Source of the DNA: Centroscyllium fabricii
Lineage: Eukaryota
Direction: 5' to 3'
DNA: 64,000 bases
Assembly (NCBI GenBank): GCA_051313645.2
Contig: JBNRSN020000003.1
Coordinates: 139,438,001-139,502,000, forward strand
The translations under genes were made by a program, and so were the position numbers. A model generated the notes under the pieces. The model did not search any database. It was not told where the DNA came from and worked only from the letters and a program-made list of their open reading frames with translations. Of the stretch, positions 11,905 to 25,508 are shown piece by piece. How positions within the stretch are numbered: position 1 is the stretch's first letter; each line of letters begins with the position of its first letter.

Positions 11905-12965
11905 TTCTGCACCTGCTTAAAATCTGTTACACCTCTAGCCTTTTCCAGTTCTGATGAAGGGTCCCAGACCTGAAACGTTGGGGGTGATTTTCAGATGGCC
12001 GTGAAGGCGGGTTTTCGGCGGGGCAGGGGGTAAAATCGCAATTTCGGCAGGCGGGAAGCCACCCCGCCAGATCCCCGCCCATTTGTGATTTTCCTCGGGC
12101 GGGTTTTGCCGCCCCGAATGTTTCCCGCCAGCCGCCGGCGGGGATGCAGAATGAGCTCATTGAGGGCCTTTAATTGGATGGGTAATACTATTTTAAGGGC
12201 CCTCAGCTATTTTAGCCCTCTTCCCACCCAAAACCCACCTGGTGGGAACCCCGCCAGTGAAAGGTGGTGGGCACCCAGTCGGCTGGGTGTCTGCCACCTT
12301 CAAGGCATAGGCACAACACCCACACAGCAGCTTGCTAGCCTCTACCATGCTGGAGGTGCAGCTGCCACCCAAGGGTGATAAACTTCAGAGCCCCAAAACA
12401 TAGAAATCACTCACCTTTAAATCCCTGCTATTCATGTAGAGATCGGTGTGCTGCACTGTCTGTGAGACAAGTTGTCAATCACCCAGGGGATCAGTTTCTG
12501 TTTACATTCCATTGAAACCACAAACAAACAGTCAATCACTTCAACTGTTTGTTTTGTGGTTTTAGTGTTCTCTTTCAGACTGTGACATTTCAAAGGCTGT
12601 GTCAACATGGAAACAAAGGAACCACTTCAGCACTGTCAATCAAGCTTAGTGGTTTCTTACTACTCAGGCTATTCAGGCCTGTCAATCAACAGCCCACCCC
12701 ATTCAAACAGTGAATGGAAAGGGCTGCTTCCTGCCCAATAGTGTGTATTGGAAGCCCAGCAGACCGGCGGCGATTCAATTGGCCACTTGAACCAAAATCG
12801 TTCGGGCCTCTTAGGTCCTTGGGCGGGTCGAACAGAAAGCTGACCCACCCAAACCCTGACAGCATCCACACATTTTTAAAAATTCGCCCCATTATCTCTG
12901 TTTCACTCTCCATGGATGCTGCCTGGCTTGCTGAGTGTTTCCAACATTTTCTGTTGTTATTTCAT
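11905..12965 (+). mobile_element. Penelope-type terminal-repeat fragment with minimal hammerhead motif, split by a MITE
   Basis: CCAGTT-CTGATGA-AGGGTCCCAGACCT-GAAACGTT (11945-11979) resumes at 12891 with ..CTCTGTTTCACTCTCCATGGATGCTGCCTGG; homologous to 40795-40900. Confidence 0.7.
11980..12890. mobile_element. Harbinger-type non-autonomous element (MITE)
   Basis: Imperfect TIRs GGGGGTGATTTT / AAAATTCGCCCC; 3-bp TSD GTT/ATT. Confidence 0.75.
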
Positions 12966-15424
12966 TTTAACCCTGGCTATTCTTCGAAATTAGCATAAGG
13001 AATAAAGATTCAAATCTCAGTTACTTGGTGGAACCTGTTATGAGAAACTCGAACAATGTTACAGTGTCTTTCCCAGTAAAAGAAAACGAGGACCCCTTGA
13101 AAATATAACGGGCCAGAAGTTCGGGTCCCCACTGGTGAGTATGCGCTGGGTACTCATGCGTAGGCCCAACGAAAGTGCCGATTTCATGCATGCACTGCGC
13201 TTCCCTTAAAAGAAGTGATTCACAGGTCGAACGCGTGCGCCGGAGAGGCAGCACGTACGCCTGGAACACCCGTTTTTTTTGCAGCTTTCTCCGGGGGGTA
13301 AGTCTCCAGGAGCTACGCTTGTAAAAAGCAATCGCCACACCTGCTTTTAACAAGGTAAGTGGTGAATTAAGTAAAATTTAAAAAAAAATTCCACAGGTTT
13401 ATTATTTTTAAATACTTTAAAGAAAGGTAAGTTTATTTTTAGCCCCATTAGAAAGTATAATTATTTTTTTCAAAAATTTAAGTTATTGTTTAAAATAGTT
13501 ATTTTATGTAATTTATAGTTATTTTAAAAATGTGATTTAAAAAAAAAACTTATTTGAAGTTTTGGAAATGTTTTGGGGCTGAATTCTATTCATAGATTTG
13601 ACAGGTCTTCCTGTCAAACCTATGAGTACAGATTCCCTGCTACCATTGGCTCTCCATGGCCCACATGATAGAAACATAGAAACATAGAAGATAGGAGCAG
13701 GAGTAGGCTATTTGGCCCCTCGAGCCTGCTCCGCCATTCAATGAGATCATGGCTGATCATCCAAATTCAGTACCCTGTCCCTGCCCTCTCTCCATATCTC
13801 TTGATCCCTTTAACCTTAAGAAATATATCTAAATCCTTCTTGAATATATTTAATGAATTGACCTCTACTGCCTTCTGTGGTAGAGAATTCCACAGAGTCA
13901 CCACTCTCTGGGTGAAGAAATTCCTCCTCATCTCTGTCCTAAATGGTTTAACCCTTATTCTTAGACTGTGATCGCTGGTTCTGGACTCCCCAGCCATCAG
14001 GAACATCCTTCCTGCATCTAGTCTGTCCAGTTCTGTTAGAATTTTATAAGTTTCAATGAGATCTCCTCTCATTCTTCTAAACTCCAGTGAATATAAGCCC
14101 AATCGACCCAATCTCTCCTCATACATCATTCCTTCCATCCCAGGTATCAATCTGGTGAATCTTCGCTGCACTCCCTACATGGCAAGAACATCCTTCCTCA
14201 GATAAGGTGACCAAAACTGCACACAATACTCAAGATGTGGTCTCACCAAGGCCCTGTGCAACTACAGCAAGACATCCTTGTTCCTGTACTCAAACCCTCT
14301 TGCTACGAAGGCCAACATACCATTTGCCTTCTTAACCGCCTGCTGCACTTGCATGCTTCAGCGATTGGTGCACCAGGACACCCAGGTCTTGTTGCACTTC
14401 ACCTTCTCCCAATCTATTGCCATTCAGATAATAATCTGCCTTCCTGTTCTTGCCCCCAAAGTGGATAACCTCAAATTTATCCACATTATATTGCATCTGC
14501 CATGCTTCTGCCCAATCACCCAACCTGTCCAAATCATACTGGATTTTCTCAGCATCCTCCTCACAGCACACACGCTCACCCAGCTTTGTGTCATCTGAAA
14601 ACTTGGAGATTTTACATCTGCTTCCCTCATCCAGATTATTAATATATATTGTGAATAGCTGGGGTCCAAGGACCGATCCCTGCGGTACCTCACTAGTCAC
14701 TGCCTGTCACTTGGAAAAAGACCCATTTATTCCAACTCTTTGCTTTCTGTCTGCCAACCAGTTCTCTATCCAAGTCAATACCTTGCCCCCAATCTCATGT
14801 GCCTTAACTTTACACGCTAATCTCTTATGTGGGACCTTATCGAAAGCTTCTGAAAATCCAAATACACCACTGGTTCTCCCTTATCTATTTTACCAGTTAC
14901 ATCCTCAAAAAATTCCAGTAGATTAGTCAAGCATGATTTACTTTTTGTAAATCCATGTTGACTTTTTCCGATCCTGTCACTGTTTTTTAAGTGCTCAGCT
15001 ATTATATCCATTATAATGGACTCTAGCATTTTCCCCACTAACAATGTCAGGCTTACCGGTCTATAATTCCCCGTTTTCTCTCTACCAACTTTTTTGAATA
15101 GTGGGGTAACATTAGTTACCCTTCCATCAATGGGTACTGTTCCAGAATCTATCGAATTTTGGAAGATGACCAGCAATGCATCCACTATTTCTAGGTCAAC
15201 TTCCTTAAGTACCCTAGGACGTAGATTATCAGGCCCTGGGGATTTATCAGCTTTCAATCCCATCAATTTCCCTAACACCATTTCCTTACAAATATTGATT
15301 TCTTTCAGTTCCTCCCTCTCATTTGACCCTATATTCCCCCAAATCTCTGGGAGGTTGTTTGTGTCCTCCTTTGTGAAGGCAGAACCAAAGTATGTATTTA
15401 ATTGGTCTTCCATTTCTTTGTTCC

Positions 15425-15681
15425 TGTGGTAACCCTTATATGGTTACCATTGCCTTATATGGCTACCATTGTATAAGTGCCATTGTACTGCTGGGAGCCA
15501 GGTCAGCCACACCCTCGACTCCTCCCCAGGTGGGGACACCGATATAAGGTGTGGCCAGACCCAGCCCCTTCATTCTTGTATGTTAACTTGTAAGGAGACT
15601 AGCTCCATTCTTTATCAATTAAAAGCCTTGTATTTCGGTACTTACGAGTCGCCTTTTAATTGAGCTAGCGACTACGCTACA
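15425..15681 (+). mobile_element. Solo LTR related to the Gypsy A/B LTRs
   Basis: TGTGGTAACC...CTACA, 5-bp TSD GTTCC on both sides, shared GGGAGCCAGGTCAGCCACAC core. Confidence 0.92.
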
Positions 15682-16815
15682 GTTCCCCATTATAATTTCC
15701 CCATATTCTGTCTGCAAGGAACCTGCGCTTGACTTCACCAATCCTTTTCTCTTCACATATACATAAATGCTTTTACAGTCAGTTTTTATATTCCCCGCAA
15801 GCTTACTCTCATAATCTATTTTCGCCCTCTTAATTAATCCCTTTGTCCTCCTTTGCTGAATCCTAAACTGTTCCCAACCCTCAGGTTTACTGCTTTTACT
15901 GGCCAATTTGTATGTCCTCTCCTTGGATCTTATGCTATCCCTAATTTCCCTTGTCAGCCACAGTTGAGTCACCTTTTTTGTTTTATTTTTATGCCAAACT
16001 GGGACGAACAAATTCTGTAGTTCATCCATGCGATCTTTGAATGTTTGCCATTGCCTATCCACGGTCAACCCTTTGAGTGACATTCCCCAATCAATCCTAC
16101 CCAAATCACGACTCAAACCATCATAGTTTCCTTTATTTAAATTCAGGGCCCTTGTCTCTGAGTCAACTCCTTCACTCTCCATCTATTGCAGAATTCTATC
16201 ATATTATGATCGTTCCAACCCAAGGGGCCTCACACAATAACATTGCTAATTAATCCTTTCTCATTATATAATACCCAGTCTAAAATGGTCTAATATCTAG
16301 TTGGTTCCTCAACATATTGGTCCAGGAAACCATCCCGTATACACTCCAGGAATTCCTCCTCCACAGTATTGTTACTAATTTAGTTAGCCCAATCTATATG
16401 TAAAGTGAAGTCACCCATGCTAACTGCAGCACCATTATTGCACGCTTCTCTAATTTCCCTTTTAATGCATTCCCCAACCTCTGCAATACTGTTTGGGGGG
16501 TCGATATACCACTCCCACTAACGTTTTCTGTCCCTTGGTATTTCTCAGTTCTACCCATACAGATTCCACATCCTCAGAGCTAATATCCTTCCTTACAATT
16601 GTGTTAATCCCCTCTTTAACCAGCAATGCTACCCCACCTCCTTTGCCTTTTAGCCCACTTTCCTGAATATTGAATACCCCTGGATGTTGAGTTCCCAGCC
16701 TTGGTCACCCTAGAGCCATGTTTCCATAATCTCAATCATATCATATTCGTTTACCTCTTGTTGCGCAGCTAATTCATCCACCTTATTGCGGATGCTCCTC
16801 GCATTAAGACACAAA

Positions 16816-17548
16816 GGGGGAAAAATTGGGATGTGCCCCATTTGGAGCACTAACCTCGGATTTGTGCTCCTTCTAGTGCCCCGAAAAAGTTAGCGCCGCT
16901 CCTCCTGAAATTGGGATTTAGCGCCCCAAGTAGGAAGTGGGGCGCTACTGCAGGTGCCCCACCTCGTTCTTTAGGCGCTTCCATACAATTCCGGGCGCTG
17001 TGGTTCGCTGTGCCATGCTCTGCAGAGTGCCGCACCGTGGTACTACAGACCTTCCTCCCCTGATTAAAGGGGAGTTGCCTAGCACGGCTCGGGCCGGAGC
17101 CCCCTTGGACCATCGGGGATCGCAATGCTGCCAAAGGAGCCTGGCACTCGAGGGAAGTGCTGGGCTCACAGAGCACAGCCAGCACTCCGTGGGGGGGCAC
17201 CGGGGAAGGCCGGGGACGGCAGAGTTGGCCAGCAAGAAAAATGATCGCCCAGCACCCCTCCCTTTAAATATTGCTCTCACTGCTGCAAGTACGCCCCCCT
17301 GACCTTGTTGGTGACTGCATCCGGCGGTACGGCAGTGGGCACGACTGAAGTTCGCGAGTGGGGCGCTGCATACTGCGGTGACATCATCAGCGGCAGCGCA
17401 GTGCCACAGGGTGCTACCGGTTACTGCCCCCGCCAACGCCCCACTGAATATCGCAGGAGGCGCCAGCCCATGCGCTAAGTGCCTTGCGCCCCATCAGCAG
17501 CCCACTTAGTGCACTAACGGGAGGCGCAGGCAACCGAATTTTTCCCCC
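16816..17548. mobile_element. GC-rich MITE inserted in the CR1
   Basis: TIRs GGGGGAAAAATT / AATTTTTCCCCC; CR1 sequence on both sides; TSD not clean. Confidence 0.8.
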
Positions 17549-17944
17549 TTAGACCTTTTAGAATTATTATTTACTGTAGCCGTGTTTGATTTAAACCCTT
17601 GATTTCTGTGACTGCCACCTTTGTTTTTCTCCTTCCTGTCTTTTGCTTCTATCATTGCTTCCCTTTCCTCTGTCTCCCTTCTCAGGTTCCCAACCCCCCT
17701 GCCATTTTAGTTTAAACCCTCCCCCAGAGCACGAGCAAACAGTCCACCAGGGGATGCTTCGAACTAACTGCGCCCCTGGGATACGCAAGCACTGCACGCC
17801 GGCAGTTGGAGCAGGCCCAGGGTCGGAATCCTATGGGGGCCCACAGCATAACGGCCGGCGCGCTAGGTGCAGGTCTGAGGCTTGCACCTGCGGGAAGTCT
17901 CTGACCCGAATTTCTGGGCCAATGTCATATTTTTTTTTTTTCAG

Positions 17945-18106
17945 GGTCCTCTACACTATAAGGCAAAGGGTATGGTTCTCCTTGATTGGTGTCATCTTAC
18001 TGGAAAATCAGGTGCTGCGGGCCCACGATTTCCCAACCAGCATTCTCTGCAACTAGCGGGACTGCCTGATCTTGGAAATAATCCTTATATCGTTCCTTTA
18101 AATTAA
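17945..18106 (+). CDS. Candidate terminal coding exon of an unidentified host gene
   Basis: Poly-T tract + CAG acceptor at 17944; 53 open codons (GPLHYKAKG...NNPYIVPLN*); AATAAA at 18145-18150; no obvious repeat similarity. Confidence 0.35.
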   Translation, partial: GPLHYKAKGMVLLDWCHLTGKSGAAGPRFPNQHSLQLAGLPDLGNNPYIVPLN

Positions 18107-18554
18107 GATCAAGATTTTTAAAGTACAATTGTTTTTTCTCTGAAAATAAATTGATTGTTTTCCAGAACAGTTATAGAAACTGAATGGAAATTTTACTATG
18201 CTTTCTTAGTTTTGGATTTCCCAGTAACTTGACATCATGTCCAGAAAATCATTTTGTTTGTAAGTGTTTACAAGATCTGATTCCAATGATAGCCTGCAGC
18301 TTTAATGCGCACTGCCCCTATCAGGTAAAGATGCCACTTAAATCAATTAATTCCAAATGGAACAGTGTGACATAACAACTTCTGGTAGTTAGTACTACAG
18401 AGCACGAACCACAAGACTTCAACCAGGGGATCAATAATGTATAGAGAAGAAAACAGTAAAGACGTCATTGTAGGTAAAGTGCTGAGGAGAGACATTACTG
18501 CCTGTTGTTGAATTCCTGACAGCTAAGTGTTAAAAGCCAACTCAATTATTTGTT

Positions 18555-18630
18555 TCTGGAATAAAAACATAAAATGCTGGAGAAACTCAGCAGGTCAGGC
18601 AGCATCTGTGAAGAGAGAAACAGAGTTAAC
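18555..18630 (-). mobile_element. Outer part of the left arm of a Penelope-type inverted terminal repeat (continues at 40525)
   Basis: Reverse complement of about 40827-40900. Confidence 0.8.
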
Positions 18631-18885
18631 GGCCGGAATTTTTCCAGAATGGCGGGGAATTGGCAGTGATTGGTCGGGGTGGGTTTTGGCCCCGCCCACT
18701 GAAGTGCCTGCGTTTCCCACATTATTTTAGCCTCAGTACCCAATTAAATCTCCGCCTGTGGGAAGCCTTCTCAATCAACGATTTCCAGTCAGAAGGTCGC
18801 AGAATATAACGTTAGCATTCCCCTTTCTTTTAATGAACACAGCTCGCCTCACGCACTCCTCAGCCTTCTGCAAGCCTTCAGCAGG

Positions 18886-20893
18886 ATGGCCGAGCGTCAG
18901 GGTGCTGCATCGTGCAGCGGGAGGGGACGACCTGCCCCCAAATTTGATGACGCCTCCCTCGATGCATTAGTTGAGGGGGCAACGACCCACAGGGAGGTTC
19001 TCTTCCCCTCCTCAGGGAGGAAGAAACCTCCCTTCCAGACCAAGGCTGCTTGGCTGCAGGTGGCTGAGGGGGTCAGCTCCTTGGGCACAACAACCCGGTC
19101 CTGGCTCCAGTGTCAGAAGAGATTGCATGACCTGCACCGCACTGCAAAAGTATTCATTTCCCCTCACCCTCAATCTGATCCCCCTCACCTCTCCTCACCA
19201 GCACTTAGCTTCACCACTCCCTTCCTCCACATCCCACTTCACTATCACATCCAAGCAACCTTACCCATTCCCTCTCTCTCTATGCTCACAATCACAGTCC
19301 TTTTCCACCATGCAGCCCTCACAGTCCCTCTCACTCTCATGCTTGCAGGACATCTGGCACCACACAGGGAGAGCCTTTAGTCTTGCAGGCTTACTCCATC
19401 TTTCTCTCCCTCCAACTAACTTTGCTGGTCACTCGCTGCACCAACTCCGTCCTTCTCACTCAACCTCCACTTCTCTCCCGCATTGCAGGAAAAGACATCC
19501 GCCAACAAGTGGCAGAGAGCCGGGACTGGAGGAGGACCCCCACCATCCTGCAGCTGAGCACGTGGGAGGAGGCAGTACTGGAGCTCGTAGGGGAGGGGAA
19601 AACCCCGGGAGTGGGTGACGGCAAGGCAGGCATGGATTCGCAAGCTGGTGACAGCATGGTTTCATATCTCTGTCATAGCTAACACATGAGTCTTGCACAA
19701 TGAATATAAAAGCACTGCAGATGCACTTCTGCTCAGCTCATGAATGCTATCTCTATGTAACCTTGGTGACATATCTCTAACCTCTTTCTTTACTGCCTCA
19801 CAGGACCAGCCACAGAACTCTGGGGGCGTGCTGCTGAAGACGAGCTGGACCCTTTACAGTCCTCAGAGGAAGCTCCCACCTCTGAGGGTGCACTGTCAGC
19901 AGCACAGATACCACCCAGCACCAGTGCAGATACTAGCACCTCGGTGGGCCCCTCTAGAGATAGAACTGCATCGTCACCGGGTGAATCAGAAAGCACAAGT
20001 GAGCCTCAGCAGATTGTGGAGACAGGGACAATACTGCAGAGTCTTAGTCGGAGGGCACAGGACTCTGTCAGCTTAGCTGAGCTGCATGTCGACCCTGTGC
20101 CTCTGGATCCATCAGGCAGAGGACAGATGATGGGACTCCAGACAGAGATGCAGGCGTCTCTGACAGGTTTTGTCTCCGAGGTAGCTGCGAGTGTCAAGCG
20201 AATGGAGGGGTCAGTCGCGAGCATGAGCAACTCCTTTGCAGAGTCAGTGGCGCATGACCGCATCACCACGGCAAGGATGGCAACCTCCATGGAAAGGATA
20301 GCGACCGTGGATGAGAGGATGGCAACAGCCATCGAGCACATAAGTCACCAGTGTTTCGAAGACATGGGCAGTATTCAGAATAGAGTCACATCTCTTGAGG
20401 AGCGAGTGGCATCTATTGAGCACAGGAACCAGACCTTCATGGAAGTCCATCTCAGTAGGACTTCCACTGCAGAAACGGGTCCCCATGGCCCCCCTGAAGT
20501 GCAGCAAGGTGCTGTCCAGCCACTTGCTGGCGCTGAGGGGGAGTTGACCCATGAGAGGGAGGTTGGTGGAACAGCTGCAGGAATTGGGGGCTCCTCTCCA
20601 AGCGCTCCCACGTCCACACCACTGCAGAGCCCTTGGTCAGAGGCCCGCTGGAGTCCCAATCCACCTGAGATGGAAGTCTTATACCCTGCCCAGCCGCAGG
20701 AGCAGCAGACTGGTGGCAAGTCCTCACAGGCTCGCCGCCCCAGAGGATGACCGCAAAGGTGTCCACACAGGAGCAGCAGGGAACTCAGCAGGGGGCCTCC
20801 ACATCTGCTGACACCACAGGGCCAGCACCACGTAGGAGCACGCGTAAGAGAACAGTTAAGCACCGTCAGGCACAAGGGGAGTCACTTGGGTGA
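18886..20893 (+). pseudogene. Harbinger Myb/SANT-like DNA-binding protein gene (exons about 18886-19149, 19489-19647, 19804-)
   Basis: APKFDDASLDALVEG...AWLQVAE...RSWLQCQKRLHDL, GT donor at 19150, AG acceptor at 19488, then EK..NK.QRAGTGGGP; same exon layout at 51288 and 56000. Confidence 0.85.
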
Positions 20894-21695
20894 TAGGATA
20901 ACAGCGATTTAGGGTTACATTCCACTGGTCACACAGCAGACCAGTCATGGTGCCACCTGATGCAGTTGCCACGTCTGCCATCTCGCGAATGGCCCTTCCA
21001 CATTGATGCCTTATGCAGGCTGACCAACATTCGGCCAGGCCTCACAGATATGCAATGATGCAGATGCAAGCTGGCAGAAATACTTACAGCAAGACGCATG
21101 AGGTGCAATAATAGACAGTAGGTCCATGCTGAAGGGTGAAGGTCCTTGAAATCGGCCTACCTGAAGGCTCACGCAGACTAGCGACCAGAATGACTCTGGA
21201 AATGATCCATCATGGGAACGAGCACAAACCGAACTGTAGTAAACTCCTGAGGATTAGCGACCAGCAGGAAACAAGCCTCACGGCTGAACGACAAATCCAA
21301 CTAAACTGAAGAGGGATGGAGGTGGGCAATGAACAAATGTGCCAACTGGCCAAAGTGCCCACGCATCCAATATGATGTTCCTGCAGCTGGCCCCTGTGGT
21401 AACCGTTATATATACTATTATTACCACCCTAATATTGTCACCAATATTATATGTATGTATAGCGGTCGGGTGCATGATGCAACTGTCCTGTATTGCGACA
21501 CTGTCGCGGAGCCAGGTCAGCCACACTTCTAACTCCTCCCCTCAGGTGAGTGCCTTATAGGTGGGGACTGACCGGCCCCCATTCATTCTGTACCTGATGT
21601 TCGATCGGAGCGTAGCTCCGTTGTAAGCTAATAAAAGCCTTTAGTTAAGGTAACTACGCGTCTTTAGTTTTATTAGACTATTGACGATATGTCAA

Positions 21696-21708
21696 TTTTA
21701 TTAGCTTA
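21696..21708 (+). promoter_or_regulatory. Non-tRNA (self-complementary) PBS of element A
   Basis: TTTTATTAGCTTA is the exact reverse complement of LTR 21624-21636. Confidence 0.8.
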
Positions 21709-21721
21709 GAAAAATTCTAAA

Positions 21722-24700
21722 ATGGAGAGCGGCGCTGTAAAACCCGAAAAGCTGGACATTAGTCCACAGGACCCAGCCGCCGCCAACACCTTCGAACACT
21801 GGTTCGGTCTCCTGGAGGCCTACATGGACGCCGCCAAGGCTACAACCGAAGAGAACAAGCTACATGTTCTCCGATCCAGGATCTCCAGCCGGGTATTCTC
21901 CTTCATCCGTGACGCCACAACGTACCCCGATGCGGTGGCTAAACTGAGGAAATGCTATGAGCGCCCGGTCCACTCAGTCTACGCCAGACAAGTGCTCGCG
22001 ACCAGACCACAACTACCGAGTGAGTCAAATGAGCAGTTCGAGCAGGCGCTCCAAGTCCTTGTCCGGGTCTGTGGCTGCCAACCACGGACGGCAGAAGAGG
22101 AGGCGAACCTCCTCGTCCGGGACGCCTATGTAACGGGACTCTGGTCCGCAGAGGCCCGCCAGCGGCTGCTGGAAAAAGACACTTTAACTCTGGAGGACGC
22201 GATCTCTATCACCAACGCTGTGGAGGGCGCACGCCGCAAGCTGCAGGCGTACGGCGGCCCAAACCCACAGGCCTACGACGCGTGGGCAGTCCCACAACAG
22301 GTCGAGACCCCCACAATGGCAGCGGCAGCTGCGAAGACGCCGGCGGAGAAGAAATGCTACTTCTGCGGCCAGGGACTACACCCACGGGCGAGATGCCAAG
22401 CGAAGACAGCGACCTGCGAGAGGTGCTCAAAGAAAGGACACTACGCCAAGGCCTGCAGATCAGCCCCGGCGCCCAGCTCCAGGTACAACAGCGCGGCCTG
22501 CGAAAGCTCCAACACCAGCCCTTGGCCTCAGGTAAGCTGCAACTGCAGCGCGACCCAGTGACGGTCCGGGGGTAGAGTACAAGCGCCCCCGTCTCCCACC
22601 CTGAGGCGGCAGAGGCCGGCTGCACCCACGGCACGCCAAACTCAGCCACGGCCGGCCATGCGCGACCCCCCAACGCCGGCATCCCGCCCAGCGCGGCTCG
22701 CTGCGTGTGAATCACGGGCACCGCCAACCCAGCCGCCGCGGCCCGCTGCATGCGAACCACGGGCACCGCCAACCCAGCCACCGTGGCCCGCTGCGTGCGA
22801 ACCATGGGCACCGCCACTGCGTCTACAGCGGCCCGCCGCGTGCGAACCACGGGCGCCGCCATCTTGTCCGCAGCGGCCCGCCATGTGCGACCCCCCGGCG
22901 CAGCCATCTTGTCTTCAGCGGCCAGCCATGTGCGACTCTCCGGCGCTGCCATTTTGTCCCCAGAGGCCGGCCATGTGCAAACCACGGGCGCCGTCATCTT
23001 GTGTACGGCCCCGACCAGCGGAGGGCTCCCACACACACACACACACTTTGGCCTCAGCCATCCCGAAAGTCGATCAGGCTAGGCCGCACACCCTATCAAA
23101 TTCCATGATGGGGATTAAAGTCAACGGCCATGCCACTAACTGCCTGTTCGACACCGGAAGCACAGAGAGCTTCATTCACCCCGATACAGCGCAGCGCTAC
23201 GGACTGCAGATCCGGCCCACGCGCTACCAGGTCTCCCTTGCTTCACAGTCCCACACCGCGGACGTCACCGGCTACTGCTCCATCACGCTCACAGTTAAGG
23301 GCTGCGTGTACCGTAATTTTAAATTGTACATTCTCAAACAGTTGTGCTCCCCAGTCTTACTGGGACTGGATTTCCAGTGCCACCTTAAGAGTTTGACAAT
23401 GGAGTTCGGCGGGACCCTGCCCCCCCTCACCGTCAGTAGCCGGGACAATCTCTTCCCAAAGCGGAGCCCGGCCTGCGGCCTCTCCACCCTGAAAGTCAAC
23501 CCCCCCTCACTGTTCGCCAACCTCGACCCCAACTGCAAGCCCATTGCTACTAAGAGTCGGCGGTACAGTGCAGGGGATCAGACGTTTATAAGGTCGGAGG
23601 TCGGGCATATGCTAAAGGAGGGGATAATTGAAGCCAGCACCAGCCCCTGGCGGGCCCAGGTTGTAGTGGTTAAGACTGGTGAGAAACATCGGATGGTTAT
23701 CGATTACAGCCAGACCATTAACCGCTACACCGGGCTCGATGCCTACCCCCTCCCCCGCATCTCAGAAATGGTTAACCAGATCACCCAATACAAGGTGTTC
23801 TCCACAATCGACCTTAAGTCGGCGTATCACCAACTCCTGATCCGGAAAGCCGACCGCCCGTACACCGCCTTCGAGGTGAACGGTCAGCTCTACCACTTCC
23901 TCCGGGTCCCCTTCGGCGTGACCAACGGAGTGCCGGTATTCCAAAGGGAGATGGACCGCATGGTTGACCAGAACGGGTTGCAGGCCACCTTCCCCTACCT
24001 GGACAACGTGACCATCTGCGGCCATGACCAGCAGGACCACGATGCCAATCTGGCCAAATTCCTCCACACGGCGAAACGGCTAGATATCACATACAACAAA
24101 GACAAGTGTGTCTTTAGTACAGGGAAGATATTATCAAGGCAACCATGCACGCCGTTGATGAGTCCATCCCTTTCCAGGTGGAGAGTGACGCTTCGGACTT
24201 TGCCCTTGCCGCCACCCTGAATCAGGCAGGCAGGCCCGTAGCGTTTTTCTCCCGCACCTTACAGGGACCTGAAATTTGCCACTCTGCAGTGGAAAAGGAG
24301 GCCCAGGCCATCGTGGAGGCCATGCGCTACTGGCGTCATTACCTGGCTGGTAAGCGTTTTACCCTGCTCACCGACCAATGGTCGGTCGCGTTTATGTTTA
24401 ACAATAAACAAAAGGGTAAAATCAAGAATGATAAGATCCTGCGGTGGCGGATCGAGCTCTCGACTTACGAGTACGACATTCTTTACCGACCAGTCAAACT
24501 CAATGAACCCCCGGACGCACTGTCCAGGGGAACGTGCGCCAGTGCCCAGCTAGACCGGCTGAAGGAACTCCACGATCGCCTCTGCCACCCGGGTGTCACC
24601 AGACTTGCCCACTTCGTAAAATCGCGTAGCCTCCCCTACTCCATCACGGAGATCAAGGCTATGACCCGAGAGTGCCCTGTTTGCGCCGAGTGCAAACCCC

Positions 24701-25194
24701 AATTTTTCAGGCCAGACACGGCGCATCTCATTAAGGCCACCCGCCCCTTTGAACGTCTAAGCGTGGACTTCAAAGGCCCCCTCCCCACCACCGACCGCAA
24801 CTCATACTTCCTCACGGTCGTAGACGAGTTCTCCCGCTTCCCCTTCGCCTTCCCCTGCCTAGATATGACGAGCGCAATGGTGATCAAACACTTCACCACG
24901 CTGTTCGCCATTTTCGGTCTCCCCAGCTACATCCATAGCGACCGGGGGTCGTCGTTCATGAGCGACGAACTGCGTCAGTTTCTGCTCCAGAAAGGGGTTG
25001 CCTCGAGCAGAAACGACCAGTTACAACCCCCGGGGGAACGGCCAGGTAGAAAGGGAGAATGGGATCATCTGGAAGGCGGTCACCCTGGCCCTGAAGTCCA
25101 GAGGCCTTCCAGTGTCCCGTTGGCAGGCAGTCCTCCCTGATGCGCTGCACTCGATACGCTCTCTGTTGTGTACAGCCACCAATGCCACACCTCA
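21722..25194 (+). pseudogene. gag-pol of element A (Gag, PR, RT, RNase H, IN); continues at 36871-37498
   Basis: CYFCGQGLHPRARC..CERCSKKGHYAKAC, LFDTGS, YLDNVT, VESDASD, HSDRG; stop at 22559-22561, a deletion near 24123 and frameshifts. Confidence 0.92.
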
Positions 25195-25485
25195 TGTGGT
25201 AACCATGTTATATACTGAATTTACCACTGTATTATTGTGCCAATAATGGGCTGTGCTTATGTAAGGCATAGCCCTGTAACCTGTGTAATACTGTTGGGAG
25301 CCAGGTCAGCCACACCTCTAACTCCTCCCCCAGGTGAGGCCCCTTATAGGTGGAGACTGACCGAGGCTCCTCATTCCTGTGCAGATGTTCATTCGGAGGG
25401 TAGCTCCAAGCTTAGCGATTAAAAGCCTTTAGTTACGGTAACTACTCGTCGTCTCTTTTAATCAGAGGTATTGACGATACGTCAA

Positions 25486-25498
25486 TTTTAATCGCTAA
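25486..25498 (+). promoter_or_regulatory. Non-tRNA (self-complementary) PBS of element B
   Basis: TTTTAATCGCTAA is the exact reverse complement of LTR 25412-25424. Confidence 0.8.
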
Positions 25499-25508
25499 AA
25501 GTTTTAAA

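Larger units (their letters stand above)
13668..17745 (-). mobile_element. CR1-clade LINE (HER1-like), decayed ORF2 (endonuclease + RT), 5'-truncated
   Basis: Fragmented ORFs with PQGSVLGP, FSDDTK, GNYRPVSLT, FFTQRVV; (TTTCTATG)n tail at 13668-13690. Confidence 0.93.
13110..17920. mobile_element. Harbinger-type MITE interrupted by a CR1 LINE
   Basis: TIRs GGGCCAGAAGTTCGGGTC / GACCCGAATTTCTGGGCC; flanks AAC/AAT; interior related to 48730-49140. Confidence 0.75.
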
